Positions 47,254 to 56,205 of a DNA stretch of 64,000 nt are shown in pieces. The notes under the pieces are model-generated. The model ran no database searches, was not told where the DNA came from, and saw only the letters and a program-made list of their open reading frames with translations. Location of the stretch: contig JALHYA010000010.1 of the NCBI GenBank assembly GCA_022868165.1, positions 375 through 64,374 on the forward strand, in the 5' to 3' direction. Source of the DNA: Patescibacteria group bacterium (lineage in GTDB: Bacteria; Patescibacteriota; Microgenomatia; UBA8517). Every line of letters begins with the position of its first letter. Positions within the stretch are counted from its first letter, which is position 1. The position numbers were made by a program, and so were the translations under genes.

Positions 47254-48099
47254 TTAGTGGTATTTGACTACAAGCTGAGGTTTGTTTCCGTCATAGCCAG
47301 AATTTGAGGAATCAAAGAAGGCCTGGTCTGCATTGCCGTTTCCGTCGGTTTCGTTGGCAAATCGGAGTCTAAATTGGGAACGGCCCTTTCCGCTTGAAAT
47401 GTCATTTTTGACAGATTCGGTTACTTCGAGATCTTTCCATTCGACAGACGAATTTTTAGTGAGCGTTCCAATATTTGAAAAAATTGGCGATCTGGCGAAG
47501 TCATCCGAAGCTAGTTCGCCCCCATAATCGATGCTATCAATAATTAGATTATTTTCACCGACATATGGTGTTCCGCTAACACTTCTTTGATACATTCTTA
47601 GAGTGGCCTTTTCTATAGTTACACCCGATGGAATGGAAGAGAGGCTAAAACTTACAAAACCCCTTAATACGAGTTCATATGAAGGGACTCCAACAAAAGC
47701 TCCGTTTCCGACGCGAATATCAACGTTGTTGTTTCCTCCGTTATTGTTCGCTCTAAAGCCGTCAAGGCCGCTTGTTGAAGACAAAACAAGTGTTATGGTT
47801 GTTGGTGTTGGGGTGGGCGTCGGTGTATGAGTAGGAGTTACAACGCCAGTTGGAGTTGCAACAGCGGAAATTGTCGCGGAGAGAGAAGCTTCCTGTGTCG
47901 GGGTCGGGGTGGGCGTGGGTGTTGGGGAAGTTCGCTGTTTTGAGCCGAAAATGAAAGCTGCGCCTCCGATTACCAAAAGAGCCAATATTACCAAGATTCC
48001 AAGAAGAGTTTTGTTGATTTGTGCAGGTGAATCTGGCGAAGGCTTGGAGGCTTCCGGTTCTGAGGCAGGGATGACTTGCTCGTCTTCCACTCCCGACAT
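47254..48099 (-). CDS. Membrane-anchored protein with PT linker and DNRLRE/CBM96-like domain
   Basis: TM helix, (PT)n, RGFVSF.LS.IP....IEKATL, KPQLVV.Y. Confidence 0.75.
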   Translation of the reverse strand: MSGVEDEQVIPASEPEASKPSPDSPAQINKTLLGILVILALLVIGGAAFIFGSKQRTSPTPTPTPTPTQEASLSATISAVATPTGVVTPTHTPTPTPTPTTITLVLSSTSGLDGFRANNNGGNNNVDIRVGNGAFVGVPSYELVLRGFVSFSLSSIPSGVTIEKATLRMYQRSVSGTPYVGENNLIIDSIDYGGELASDDFARSPIFSNIGTLTKNSSVEWKDLEVTESVKNDISSGKGRSQFRLRFANETDGNGNADQAFFDSSNSGYDGNKPQLVVKYH

Positions 48100-48147
48100 A
48101 ATAGACAAGTGTTTATCCCAAGTCAAGTTTGGGATACGATATAAATA

Positions 48148-49389
48148 ATGTTCCGAAGAAAATATTTGGAGCTTATTAAAGACCCAGTTTGGTCAAGAGT
48201 TTATTCCCTTTCCCTGACTCTCTTTTTTGTAATGCTCGCGGATGCCATTGTTAGCTTTTGGGTACCTAATCTTTTGGAAGATACTTTTAAGAGTCCGATA
48301 ATGATGGGTCTTGTAATAAGTTTCCAATCCATAGTGGGTTTAGGCGCAGACATAATTTTCCCTACTCTTTTGCGGGCGGCAACAGTCAAGCGTTTTGTCG
48401 CCTGGGGCATAGTGGCAAGTATTTGTACTTCTTTAGCGCTTTTGGGAGCTACTTTTAGACCTTGGGTAGCAGTCTTTTTGATTGCAATGACTCTGTGGGG
48501 AATTTATTACGAATTTTTGGCTTTCGCCAAACACCAATTTGTAGCAGATGCGGTGCCGATTAAAGACAGGGCAGGAGCCTGGGGAATTCTGGGAGTTTTT
48601 ACAAATCTGGCTTATTTTTTGGGTCCGATGATTGGTGTCTGGATTTTGCTGATGGGAGTAAGGGCACCTTCATATGTTGCTATCTTTTTGACTTTAATTT
48701 CATTGGCAATTCTATTTCTTTCGGGCAAGACTCACGACAGGCCGATGAGTTTAAATATTGCGGAAGTAAATCTGGTTGCGGAATTGGATCATTGGAGAGC
48801 ACTTTTTGTCAGAGTATGGCCGATTATTATTTTGAGTTTGCTGTTGGGTTTTATAGACGCAACATATTGGACAATCGGCGCGGTTTTTTCCGTCAGTCTT
48901 GCCGAAAAGGGCATTTGGGGAGGGCTTTTTCTCCCCATGTATGCGTTGCCGTCGCTATTTATGGGATTTATTTTTGTTAAATGGGGAATTTATTCAGGTA
49001 AAAAGAAAATGGCAGAAAAATTCTTGCTGGCATCGGGTATTTTTTTGGCGGGAATTGCTGCAAGCAAGAATGTGATATGGCTATTAATTATGGTATTCCT
49101 CTCAAGCACAATGCTGGCGATTGTTTATCCTCTTGTCGACGGAGTTTATTCCGACATTGTTGCCAGAATGGGAAGAGAGAGAAAGCACCTGATTGGTTTA
49201 ACTTCCTCTACAATTAATCTTTCCTATGTTATTGCTCCAATAGTGGCCGGGCTTATTGCCTCGAAGGTTGGTGAGCAGATGACCTTTTCGGTTTTGGGTG
49301 GACTTACCATTTTTATTTCACTGGCACTTCTAGTTGTTACGCCCCGAAAGCTGAAACTGCCGCAAGAAGAAATCAAGACTTGGAATTAA
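48148..49389 (+). CDS. MFS transporter
   Basis: About 12 hydrophobic helices in 413 aa. Confidence 0.85.
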   Translation: MFRRKYLELIKDPVWSRVYSLSLTLFFVMLADAIVSFWVPNLLEDTFKSPIMMGLVISFQSIVGLGADIIFPTLLRAATVKRFVAWGIVASICTSLALLGATFRPWVAVFLIAMTLWGIYYEFLAFAKHQFVADAVPIKDRAGAWGILGVFTNLAYFLGPMIGVWILLMGVRAPSYVAIFLTLISLAILFLSGKTHDRPMSLNIAEVNLVAELDHWRALFVRVWPIIILSLLLGFIDATYWTIGAVFSVSLAEKGIWGGLFLPMYALPSLFMGFIFVKWGIYSGKKKMAEKFLLASGIFLAGIAASKNVIWLLIMVFLSSTMLAIVYPLVDGVYSDIVARMGRERKHLIGLTSSTINLSYVIAPIVAGLIASKVGEQMTFSVLGGLTIFISLALLVVTPRKLKLPQEEIKTWN

Positions 49390-49556
49390 AGTTGGCGGCT
49401 TGAAATTTAGGCTCGTGCGTGCTATATTAACCTATAGCAATCGCTAGGCACTACTAATCACATGCGATTAAGGAGGCAAACGGAGAGCGAGCTAGCACAT
49501 TTTTAACGATCACGCCCGTACGATTCAATCCGCCCATGAACAAGGAGGGTATTGAA

Positions 49557-49796
49557 ATGCCAATGCAGTTGAAATCGTACCCGTTGGTTCATCCGCCCAG
49601 TCAGTCGACGGAAAAAGCAATCCTAGAAATGATTGCCTATCAGACCGATATGAACTGGGGAAAAGCCCCGATCAAGATTCGCGTTAACGCGAACGCTTTT
49701 CCAAATGGAGCACCGGACAAAATCGGCGACTTGCCGGTTGAGGTCAACTGTTCCGTACGGCCGGGCTGGCTCGAGCTGGTTGAAGCCGAGTATTAG
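49557..49796 (+). CDS. Orphan hypothetical protein
   Basis: AAGGAGG SD before ATG 49557. Confidence 0.5.
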   Translation: MPMQLKSYPLVHPPSQSTEKAILEMIAYQTDMNWGKAPIKIRVNANAFPNGAPDKIGDLPVEVNCSVRPGWLELVEAEY

Positions 49797-49933
49797 GGTG
49801 TGATCAAGGAATGATCGTTTGGGGGGATGACCTGCCACAAGCAATTTTTCGCAGGCTTCCCCCCTTAGTTCTTCTTTTTCCCCGCCACTTGTATTTCCGA
49901 CCTCACTTTAGTTAAATTAAAGTGCGTTATTTC

Positions 49934-50977
49934 ATGGCTACAAAGGACATCCCGAAAAAGGTAAGGCTTCAAAGCGATAAGGAAGCGCTCAAAAAGTTCA
50001 AACTGGTTGTTGTTGCCTATTCGCATGTGGAGCGGGAATGGTTTCCCACGGAAGATGCTTACTACGCCGAAGTTGAAGTGGAAGAAAGGGCGCAGGATGT
50101 TGTCGAAAAAATAAAGGATTTGGGGATTGAAGCCAAGGGGCTTCCCGGAGACCAATATTTTTTGACAAATCTTCTGGTCGATAAACCCGACCTTGTTCTT
50201 AATTTAGTCGACACCTTAAGGGGCAAGGACCGCCTTCAGACCTCCGTGCCTGCCGCTTTGGAGCTTTCAAACATTCCCTATACGGGTGCGAGCATGGAGG
50301 GAATGATAATCGGAAATGACAGGAATTTGACCAAAAGGCTTCTGGTTGCCTATGACATTCCCACTCCGCCGTTTCAATTCAGAAGAAGAGTCGGCAAGGC
50401 AATTGATGAAACTATTGGGCTTCCCTTAATAGTCAAACTCAATGCAAGCGGGGGAAGTGTCGGAATAGACAACCACGCAGTTAAAGAAACCGTTAAAGAG
50501 GCCGAAAGAAAAGCGGACCAAATGATAGAGCTATACAAACTGCCGGTGGTTGTCGAGAGATTTGTAGACGGGCCAGAAATCACCGTTGTGGTTTTTGATG
50601 ACGGAAGCAAAAAACATGTTTTTATGGGAGAGAAAATATTTAAGAAAAAACCTGACGGAAAACACTTTTTCACCTCAATTGAATCATATGACGACGAGGA
50701 TGCCTACCACTACAAATTTGTTCCGGAACCCCTGTGCTCAAAAATAGCAAAACTGGCAGTTCGTGCTTTTAACGGTCTTCATCACAACGACTACGCAAAG
50801 TTTGATATAAGAATAGAGGATTCTACAAACACTCCATATTTCACCGACTCCAATCCCAACACCGCTTTTGGCCCCGATTTGGGCCTTCCCTTTACGGAGG
50901 TATTAAAATTACACGATATCTCTTTTGAGGAAGTTTTGACAAGCTTGCTCTCTAAGTATGCAAAGAACCTTCCTTAA
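49934..50977 (+). CDS. D-Ala-D-Ala-ligase-like ATP-grasp protein
   Basis: IPYTGAS, PLIVK...GGSVGI, ERFVDGPEITV, YAKFDIR, DSNPN. Confidence 0.85.
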   Translation: MATKDIPKKVRLQSDKEALKKFKLVVVAYSHVEREWFPTEDAYYAEVEVEERAQDVVEKIKDLGIEAKGLPGDQYFLTNLLVDKPDLVLNLVDTLRGKDRLQTSVPAALELSNIPYTGASMEGMIIGNDRNLTKRLLVAYDIPTPPFQFRRRVGKAIDETIGLPLIVKLNASGGSVGIDNHAVKETVKEAERKADQMIELYKLPVVVERFVDGPEITVVVFDDGSKKHVFMGEKIFKKKPDGKHFFTSIESYDDEDAYHYKFVPEPLCSKIAKLAVRAFNGLHHNDYAKFDIRIEDSTNTPYFTDSNPNTAFGPDLGLPFTEVLKLHDISFEEVLTSLLSKYAKNLP

Positions 50978-51557
50978 TCCGTACTTTCCGACGATGCGAA
51001 GGGTGAGGCAAAAAACTTCATCCCATTGTGCGCCGGCGGTTCTCGAGATGCTGGCAAGCTATGTTGGGAAGGATGTAGACCAAGACGCTTTTGTGGAAGC
51101 GGCCGAAGCTACCGAAAAACTTCGTGTTTACGGTATGACAGTGGATGAAATGGGAAGGGCGGTAACGCGGCTTGTGCCCGACGTCCAGTTTTGGTACAAG
51201 CATCACGGCACGCTTTCGGAACTAACCGAAATTGTCAGAATACATAAATATCCGGTCGGAATTGAATGGCAGGGAGTTTTTTATGAAGATGCAGACGAAG
51301 ACAACGGCCACTACAGTATTGTTACTCACATTGACACGGTTAATAACATCATAGTTTTGGCCGACCCCTACAAGCGTTTTGCCGGGTCCGACAGGAGCTT
51401 CCATGTTTTGGAATTTGAAGAACGCTGGTGGGACGAAAACGAAATCATAGATACTTGGAGCCGGAAACACAATATAGTTAGAGACGAACACACAATGTTT
51501 ATAATTACTCCCAAAGACGTTTTCTTTCCCGAATATTTGGGAATGTATCGGGGATAG
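50958..51557 (+). CDS. C39-like cysteine peptidase
   Basis: Q....HCAPA, GHYSIV, LADP. Confidence 0.8.
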   Translation: MQRTFLNPYFPTMRRVRQKTSSHCAPAVLEMLASYVGKDVDQDAFVEAAEATEKLRVYGMTVDEMGRAVTRLVPDVQFWYKHHGTLSELTEIVRIHKYPVGIEWQGVFYEDADEDNGHYSIVTHIDTVNNIIVLADPYKRFAGSDRSFHVLEFEERWWDENEIIDTWSRKHNIVRDEHTMFIITPKDVFFPEYLGMYRG

Positions 51558-51597
51558 TCGATGTTTCGAAAAAACAAAATTTTGGATTAGCGTGGGC

Positions 51598-51915
51598 TCA
51601 CCTAAAAAAGAAGACTCCGAGGATAACCAAGATGACAAAAAATGCCAACCAGCCCGTAGTGTAGATTATTAAATTGATTGCTTTCTTCGTTTGCTTGTTT
51701 TCCCACCACAAAATAAACGGGCAGTAGCCGAAGATGAGTGCGCAAATTATTGCGGAGATGACGAAAAGAAGAAGGAAGAGCGTGGGGCCGAGAAAGGTAA
51801 CTACCGGTCCGAAAAACCGCGCGCCTTTCCAAAAGATTAGTCCGATTAAGCTTGAATAAAGGGTAAGCCCGAGAGCTTGAAGGAAAGCAATAAATCCGAG
51901 CGAAAGTTTCTTCAT
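51598..51915 (-). CDS. Small membrane protein
   Basis: Three hydrophobic segments. Confidence 0.7.
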   Translation of the reverse strand: MKKLSLGFIAFLQALGLTLYSSLIGLIFWKGARFFGPVVTFLGPTLFLLLFVISAIICALIFGYCPFILWWENKQTKKAINLIIYTTGWLAFFVILVILGVFFFR

Positions 51916-51957
51916 AAAATATATTGTAGCATTTAGCATAATTAATATTTATAAACA

Positions 51958-52056
51958 ATGAATAAACAAAATGCCGACGGAAGCGTTACAGCCCAAAATA
52001 TTCAACTTAATCCTATCCGGCGAGACGGGGTTACAGCGACGCCTACGCCGATGTAA
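51958..52056 (+). pseudogene. Orphan C-terminal fragment resembling CPR DUF5666-type proteins
   Basis: Reads NADGSVTAQNIQLNP..ATPTPM*. Confidence 0.45.
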
Positions 52057-52074
52057 AATCTATTACCAACAAAA

Positions 52075-53046
52075 TTGCTGGGAAAAAATTCTTACACTAG
52101 TAATGGGAGAAGTAAGGCACAAAATAGGTGGCTAATATATTTATTGGTGCTTGATATTGCGGTATTAACCACCGTTTCTGTTCTATTCAAAAGATATCTA
52201 GACAATAGAAATATATCTCCGCCCGCATCTATTCTTCCCACGCCTACACCTATATCTTCGCCTCAAATTTCAGAGGGAACACAAAATACTAATTCTTTGG
52301 GAAACGTAATTCAAAATTCTCTTGGAGACGCCGATGTAGTATATGGGGTGGTAGTAAAAAATCTCAAGAGCTCCGAGGCCTCTTATATCAATGAGCATAG
52401 AAACTTCAACGCGGCAAGCCTCTACAAATTATGGGTGATGGCCACGGTTTACAAGCAGATTCAAGACGGCAAATTGAAAGAAGATGATATTTTGAGCGAA
52501 GATGTCAGTGTATTAAACAACATTTTTAATATCGATACCCAATTCGAAACTTCCACCGGGACGATTACGCTTACTGTTCGCGAGGCGTTAGATGAGATGA
52601 TTACCGTTTCAGACAATTATTCTGCACTTTTGCTTTCTGAAAAGATTGGTCTTTCCGCAATTTCATCCTTCTTGAACGAAAATGGATTTAACGAATCGAG
52701 TATAGGCTCTAGTGGAGGTTCGCCAACGACAACCGCATACGACACAGCGCTCTTTTTTGAAAAACTTTATAAAGGAGACCTCGCAAACGATAAATACACG
52801 AACGAGATGCTTGCTTTGTTAAAATCCCAGCAACTAAACGACGAAATACCCAAATACCTTCCACCCGAGGTAACCGTAGCCCACAAGACGGGGATGATAG
52901 ACAACTCTCTTCACGATGCGGGAATAGTATATTCGCCGAAAGGAGATTATATAATTGCAATCCTTTCCGAAGGTACCTCTTCAGAAGACTTTTCCGAGAA
53001 AATAGCCCAATTATCGAAAGTTGTTTACGATTACTTCAGCTCCTAG
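52075..53046 (+). CDS. Class-A-beta-lactamase-like serine hydrolase, membrane anchored
   Basis: SLYK, SDN, HKTG motifs; N-terminal TM. Confidence 0.88.
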   Translation: MLGKNSYTSNGRSKAQNRWLIYLLVLDIAVLTTVSVLFKRYLDNRNISPPASILPTPTPISSPQISEGTQNTNSLGNVIQNSLGDADVVYGVVVKNLKSSEASYINEHRNFNAASLYKLWVMATVYKQIQDGKLKEDDILSEDVSVLNNIFNIDTQFETSTGTITLTVREALDEMITVSDNYSALLLSEKIGLSAISSFLNENGFNESSIGSSGGSPTTTAYDTALFFEKLYKGDLANDKYTNEMLALLKSQQLNDEIPKYLPPEVTVAHKTGMIDNSLHDAGIVYSPKGDYIIAILSEGTSSEDFSEKIAQLSKVVYDYFSS

Positions 53047-53239
53047 GAGCATCGCCACCGCGCAGGTCTATCGTCTGGAGCACTTGGGGAGTAATTTCTT
53101 CTCCGGCCTTGAATTTCTCGACGCCAACCTTCATCCAGTCCGGAACAGAAGGGTCGGTCATATCGAAGTTATTCTCGGCAGCGTGCTCGATGCAATATCG
53201 GCGTGCCTGAAAAAATTTGTCTTCGAGTTCTACTCCCAT
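53036..53239 (-). CDS. Small hypothetical protein
   Basis: 67 aa with -10 box just upstream. Confidence 0.5.
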   Translation of the reverse strand: MGVELEDKFFQARRYCIEHAAENNFDMTDPSVPDWMKVGVEKFKAGEEITPQVLQTIDLRGGDAPRS

Positions 53240-53277
53240 TGTGGCGTTAGTATAGCAACGAAGAATTTGTCAATCAA

Positions 53278-53308
53278 GCAAGCCTTTGTATATTAACTTC
53301 GAACAATT
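53278..53308 (+). other. attP-like half-site 1
   Basis: GCAAGCCTTTGTATATTAACTTCGAACAATT, 23/31 identical to the site at 54488. Confidence 0.6.
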
Positions 53309-54045
53309 TTTACCAAATCAGTCCGCTCTTGTTGGAGATAGTGATTAGACGTGGACGATAAATCAATGTTTTCTGTGTGTACTTCTTCTTTTTGGGGTGT
53401 TGATTGCCAGACGATTTTTCCATAAGGGTCAATAATCATTGAGCACATTGTTTGTGGAGATGCTGCGTTATTTACGCTGCAAACCCAAAATTGATTTTCA
53501 AATGCGCGAGCAACTAATATTTGTTCCCATATCTTATCGCTTTCTTTTATGGCATTGTTTACATGAAAGATGACTTGGGCTCCGTTCTTTTTAAGAATCT
53601 TCCATTGTTCTGGAAAAATAAGCTCTCTGCACATTTGGATTCCAAAACTGACATTCTCTTCTTTGTAGGTTTTCAATTCGTTCCCGGCAGAAAAGTGATT
53701 TCTATCTGGAATACTCAAATTATTTTTTCGATAAATTATTTTTTGATTGGGGTTTATAAAGATAGTACAGTTATACCAGTTATTATCCAATTTTAAGGCT
53801 GAACCAACTAGACAATTTATATTTTTTTCCTTAGTTATTTTGTCAACTTTGTCGAGGGCTTGTTCAATAGCATTTGAGTTAAGTTGAGACAAAAAAGTTT
53901 CTTCTTCTGGATAGTATCCAGAAATCATTCCTTCCGGGAAAAGGACCCATTCATTAGAAGAAGAGTTTTGCAAAATCGAAATGACCTTGTCTAAATTAGT
54001 ATGAATATCCTTTGATACGGAGACTTGTGCAATGCGTACTTTCAC
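53293..54045 (-). CDS. Carbon-nitrogen hydrolase (nitrilase superfamily)
   Basis: FPEG, YRK, MCRE triad; ARAFENQ. Confidence 0.9.
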   Translation of the reverse strand: MKVRIAQVSVSKDIHTNLDKVISILQNSSSNEWVLFPEGMISGYYPEEETFLSQLNSNAIEQALDKVDKITKEKNINCLVGSALKLDNNWYNCTIFINPNQKIIYRKNNLSIPDRNHFSAGNELKTYKEENVSFGIQMCRELIFPEQWKILKKNGAQVIFHVNNAIKESDKIWEQILVARAFENQFWVCSVNNAASPQTMCSMIIDPYGKIVWQSTPQKEEVHTENIDLSSTSNHYLQQERTDLVKIVRS

Positions 54046-54088
54046 ACACAGATTATAGCAACTTTAGTAAAAAGGTCGACCAGAGTAT

Positions 54089-54116
54089 GCAGGGGCTAGT
54101 AAACTATGTCAGGAAC
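54089..54116 (+). other. attP-like half-site 2, more diverged
   Basis: GCAGGGGCTAGTAAACTATGTCAGGAAC; shares GCAGGGG with the tRNA-Trp end. Confidence 0.5.
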
Positions 54117-54126
54117 TTCTTTTTAT

Positions 54127-54456
54127 CTAATTGGACAAACTTTCAAGATATTTCTTTATTGCAACTGCGGTAATACCCCATGCCAGTGGAAGCCAGTAAG
54201 GAATACCAAAAATAGTTACTCCATGATAAGTCCATAAACCACTTTTTGAAACAATTGCTTCGCCTAGTGGACCAAAAACTGCAGCAACAATGAAGTAATA
54301 GATTTCCTTGTCTTTTTTCAGGAATGCACAATAAATAATGCTAATTAAAAGTAGTATGACAAAAAGATGAATAGGGTATTCCCAAAGATAAGAGATAGAT
54401 ACTATCCAGGTAATAAAGAATGTAACAAACAGAAGATGAACTTTTATCTTTTTCAT
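54127..54456 (-). CDS. DUF2878-like small membrane protein
   Basis: GPLGE....GLWTY..GIP.WLP.AWG. Confidence 0.75.
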   Translation of the reverse strand: MKKIKVHLLFVTFFITWIVSISYLWEYPIHLFVILLLISIIYCAFLKKDKEIYYFIVAAVFGPLGEAIVSKSGLWTYHGVTIFGIPYWLPLAWGITAVAIKKYLESLSN

Positions 54457-54487
54457 CTAATTAAAGTATATCACTCGAGGCTATTTT

Positions 54488-54518
54488 GCAGGCATTAGTA
54501 CACGACCTTCGAACGATT
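54488..54518 (+). other. attP-like half-site 3
   Basis: GCAGGCATTAGTACACGACCTTCGAACGATT. Confidence 0.6.
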
Positions 54519-54603
54519 TGGCATAAAATCAGTTCTTTCGAGCTGGGTAAAATGGCTCAGTTTATCAATCCTTCTGTGAACTTGGCTTATTGATACAATA
54601 TAC

Positions 54604-56205
54604 TTGATGAAACTATTCAATTTAGACTTAGTTAAGGGTGAGTTTTACTCTGAACTAAATCCTGAAATTACATTTGAAACGCTTACTCAAGGAGGTAGGC
54701 AGATTATTACTTGGAAGTGTTCTAAGGGCGATGATCATATTTGGGAAGCAAGCTTAAATCAGAGAACAAGCGGAAATAAACTAAGAGGTTGTCCAGTTTG
54801 TGCTGGGAAAAAAGTAGTAACAAGCAATTCTCTTTTAACAACTAATCCTGAAATCGCAAAGGAATGGAATTATGAAAGAAATAAAACCATTACTCCTTCA
54901 ACCATAACTTATGGTAGCAATAAGAAGGTGTGGTGGCAGTGCTTAGTTAATGAATCGCATGTTTGGTTAGCCTCACCAAAGCAAAGAGTTAACAATAATA
55001 CTTGTCCGCATTGCGACTCGTTACAGGTTAAATATCCAGATATTGCAAGAGAATGGCATCCGACTAAAAATAACTCGTTAAGACCGCAAGATATTGCTTC
55101 TTCATCCCATACCAAAGTTTGGTGGAAATGTGAGAAAGGAGTAGATCATGTGTGGCTATCATCGCCTAATACACGAGTTTCTAATAAAAGTGGTTGTCCC
55201 ATCTGTTCAGGATATAAAGTTGTAAAGAGTAATTGTTTAGCAATAACACATCCAGAACTGTCATCTCAGTGGGATTATGTTAAAAACGCGAATAATCTTA
55301 CTCCCGAAAATGTACATGCAGGTAGTCATAAAAAGGTGTGGTGGAGATGTCCTAAGGGGGATGATCATAATTGGGAATCTGTAGTTAAAACACGAGCAAA
55401 ACAAGGAGTTGGATGTCCGATCTGTAGTGGTCGAAAAGTAAGCCTAAGTAATTCATTGGCCACAAAAGAACCTGTCATTGCCTCTCTTTGGCATCCTACA
55501 AAGAATGAACCATTGAACGCTTACCAAGTAACTCCGTATTCAGGTCAATTGGTTTGGTGGAAGTGTCCAGAAGGTGAAGATCATGAGTGGAAAAGTACTG
55601 TTGCTAACCTTGTAAATGGAAGCTCTTGTCCTGTGTGCATGAATAGAAAAATTACAAAGAATAATAATCTTTTTGCTCTATTCCCTGATTTGAAAGATGA
55701 GTGGGATTTCGAAAAGAATAAGGATGTCAACCCAGTCACATTATCTGCTGGTAGCAGGATGAAGGTGTGGTGGGTTTGTAAACGAGATCCTGAACATATG
55801 TGGTTCTCTACAATCAAAGACAGAACAGCAAAAGAAAGTGGCTGTCCTTACTGCTCCATAAAACTCAATGTCTCAGAGCTGAAAATGTTAGGAATAATCA
55901 AACAACTATTTGAAGGAAAAGAAATACTATATAGATATAAACCAAAATGGCTAAACAGAATGGAACTGGATGTGTATGTCCCTGAACTGAAATTAGCTTT
56001 CGAATATCAAGGAGCTCAGCATATCAGGCCGATTGATTTCTTTGGAGGTGAGATGGTTTATATCGAACAGGTAAAAAGGGATCAATTAAAAAAGAATATC
56101 TGCCACGAAAGAAATGTAACGCTTCTATATTGTTACTTTGACGAAAAATTGAGCTTAGGTTTGATTAAATCTAAAATAGATGATTCAGGCATTACTCTTA
56201 TTTGA
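54604..56205 (+). CDS. Six zinc-ribbon (DUF4379-like) repeats plus C-terminal PD-(D/E)XK-like nuclease
   Basis: 6x W.C...H.W..CP.C; ELDVYVPELKLAFEYQG.QH. Confidence 0.85.
   Translation: MMKLFNLDLVKGEFYSELNPEITFETLTQGGRQIITWKCSKGDDHIWEASLNQRTSGNKLRGCPVCAGKKVVTSNSLLTTNPEIAKEWNYERNKTITPSTITYGSNKKVWWQCLVNESHVWLASPKQRVNNNTCPHCDSLQVKYPDIAREWHPTKNNSLRPQDIASSSHTKVWWKCEKGVDHVWLSSPNTRVSNKSGCPICSGYKVVKSNCLAITHPELSSQWDYVKNANNLTPENVHAGSHKKVWWRCPKGDDHNWESVVKTRAKQGVGCPICSGRKVSLSNSLATKEPVIASLWHPTKNEPLNAYQVTPYSGQLVWWKCPEGEDHEWKSTVANLVNGSSCPVCMNRKITKNNNLFALFPDLKDEWDFEKNKDVNPVTLSAGSRMKVWWVCKRDPEHMWFSTIKDRTAKESGCPYCSIKLNVSELKMLGIIKQLFEGKEILYRYKPKWLNRMELDVYVPELKLAFEYQGAQHIRPIDFFGGEMVYIEQVKRDQLKKNICHERNVTLLYCYFDEKLSLGLIKSKIDDSGITLI

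Noticed and set aside
52075-53046. Antibiotic-resistance beta-lactamase
   Set aside because: Membrane anchored with no clear omega-loop ExxLN motif; more likely a cell-wall serine hydrolase.
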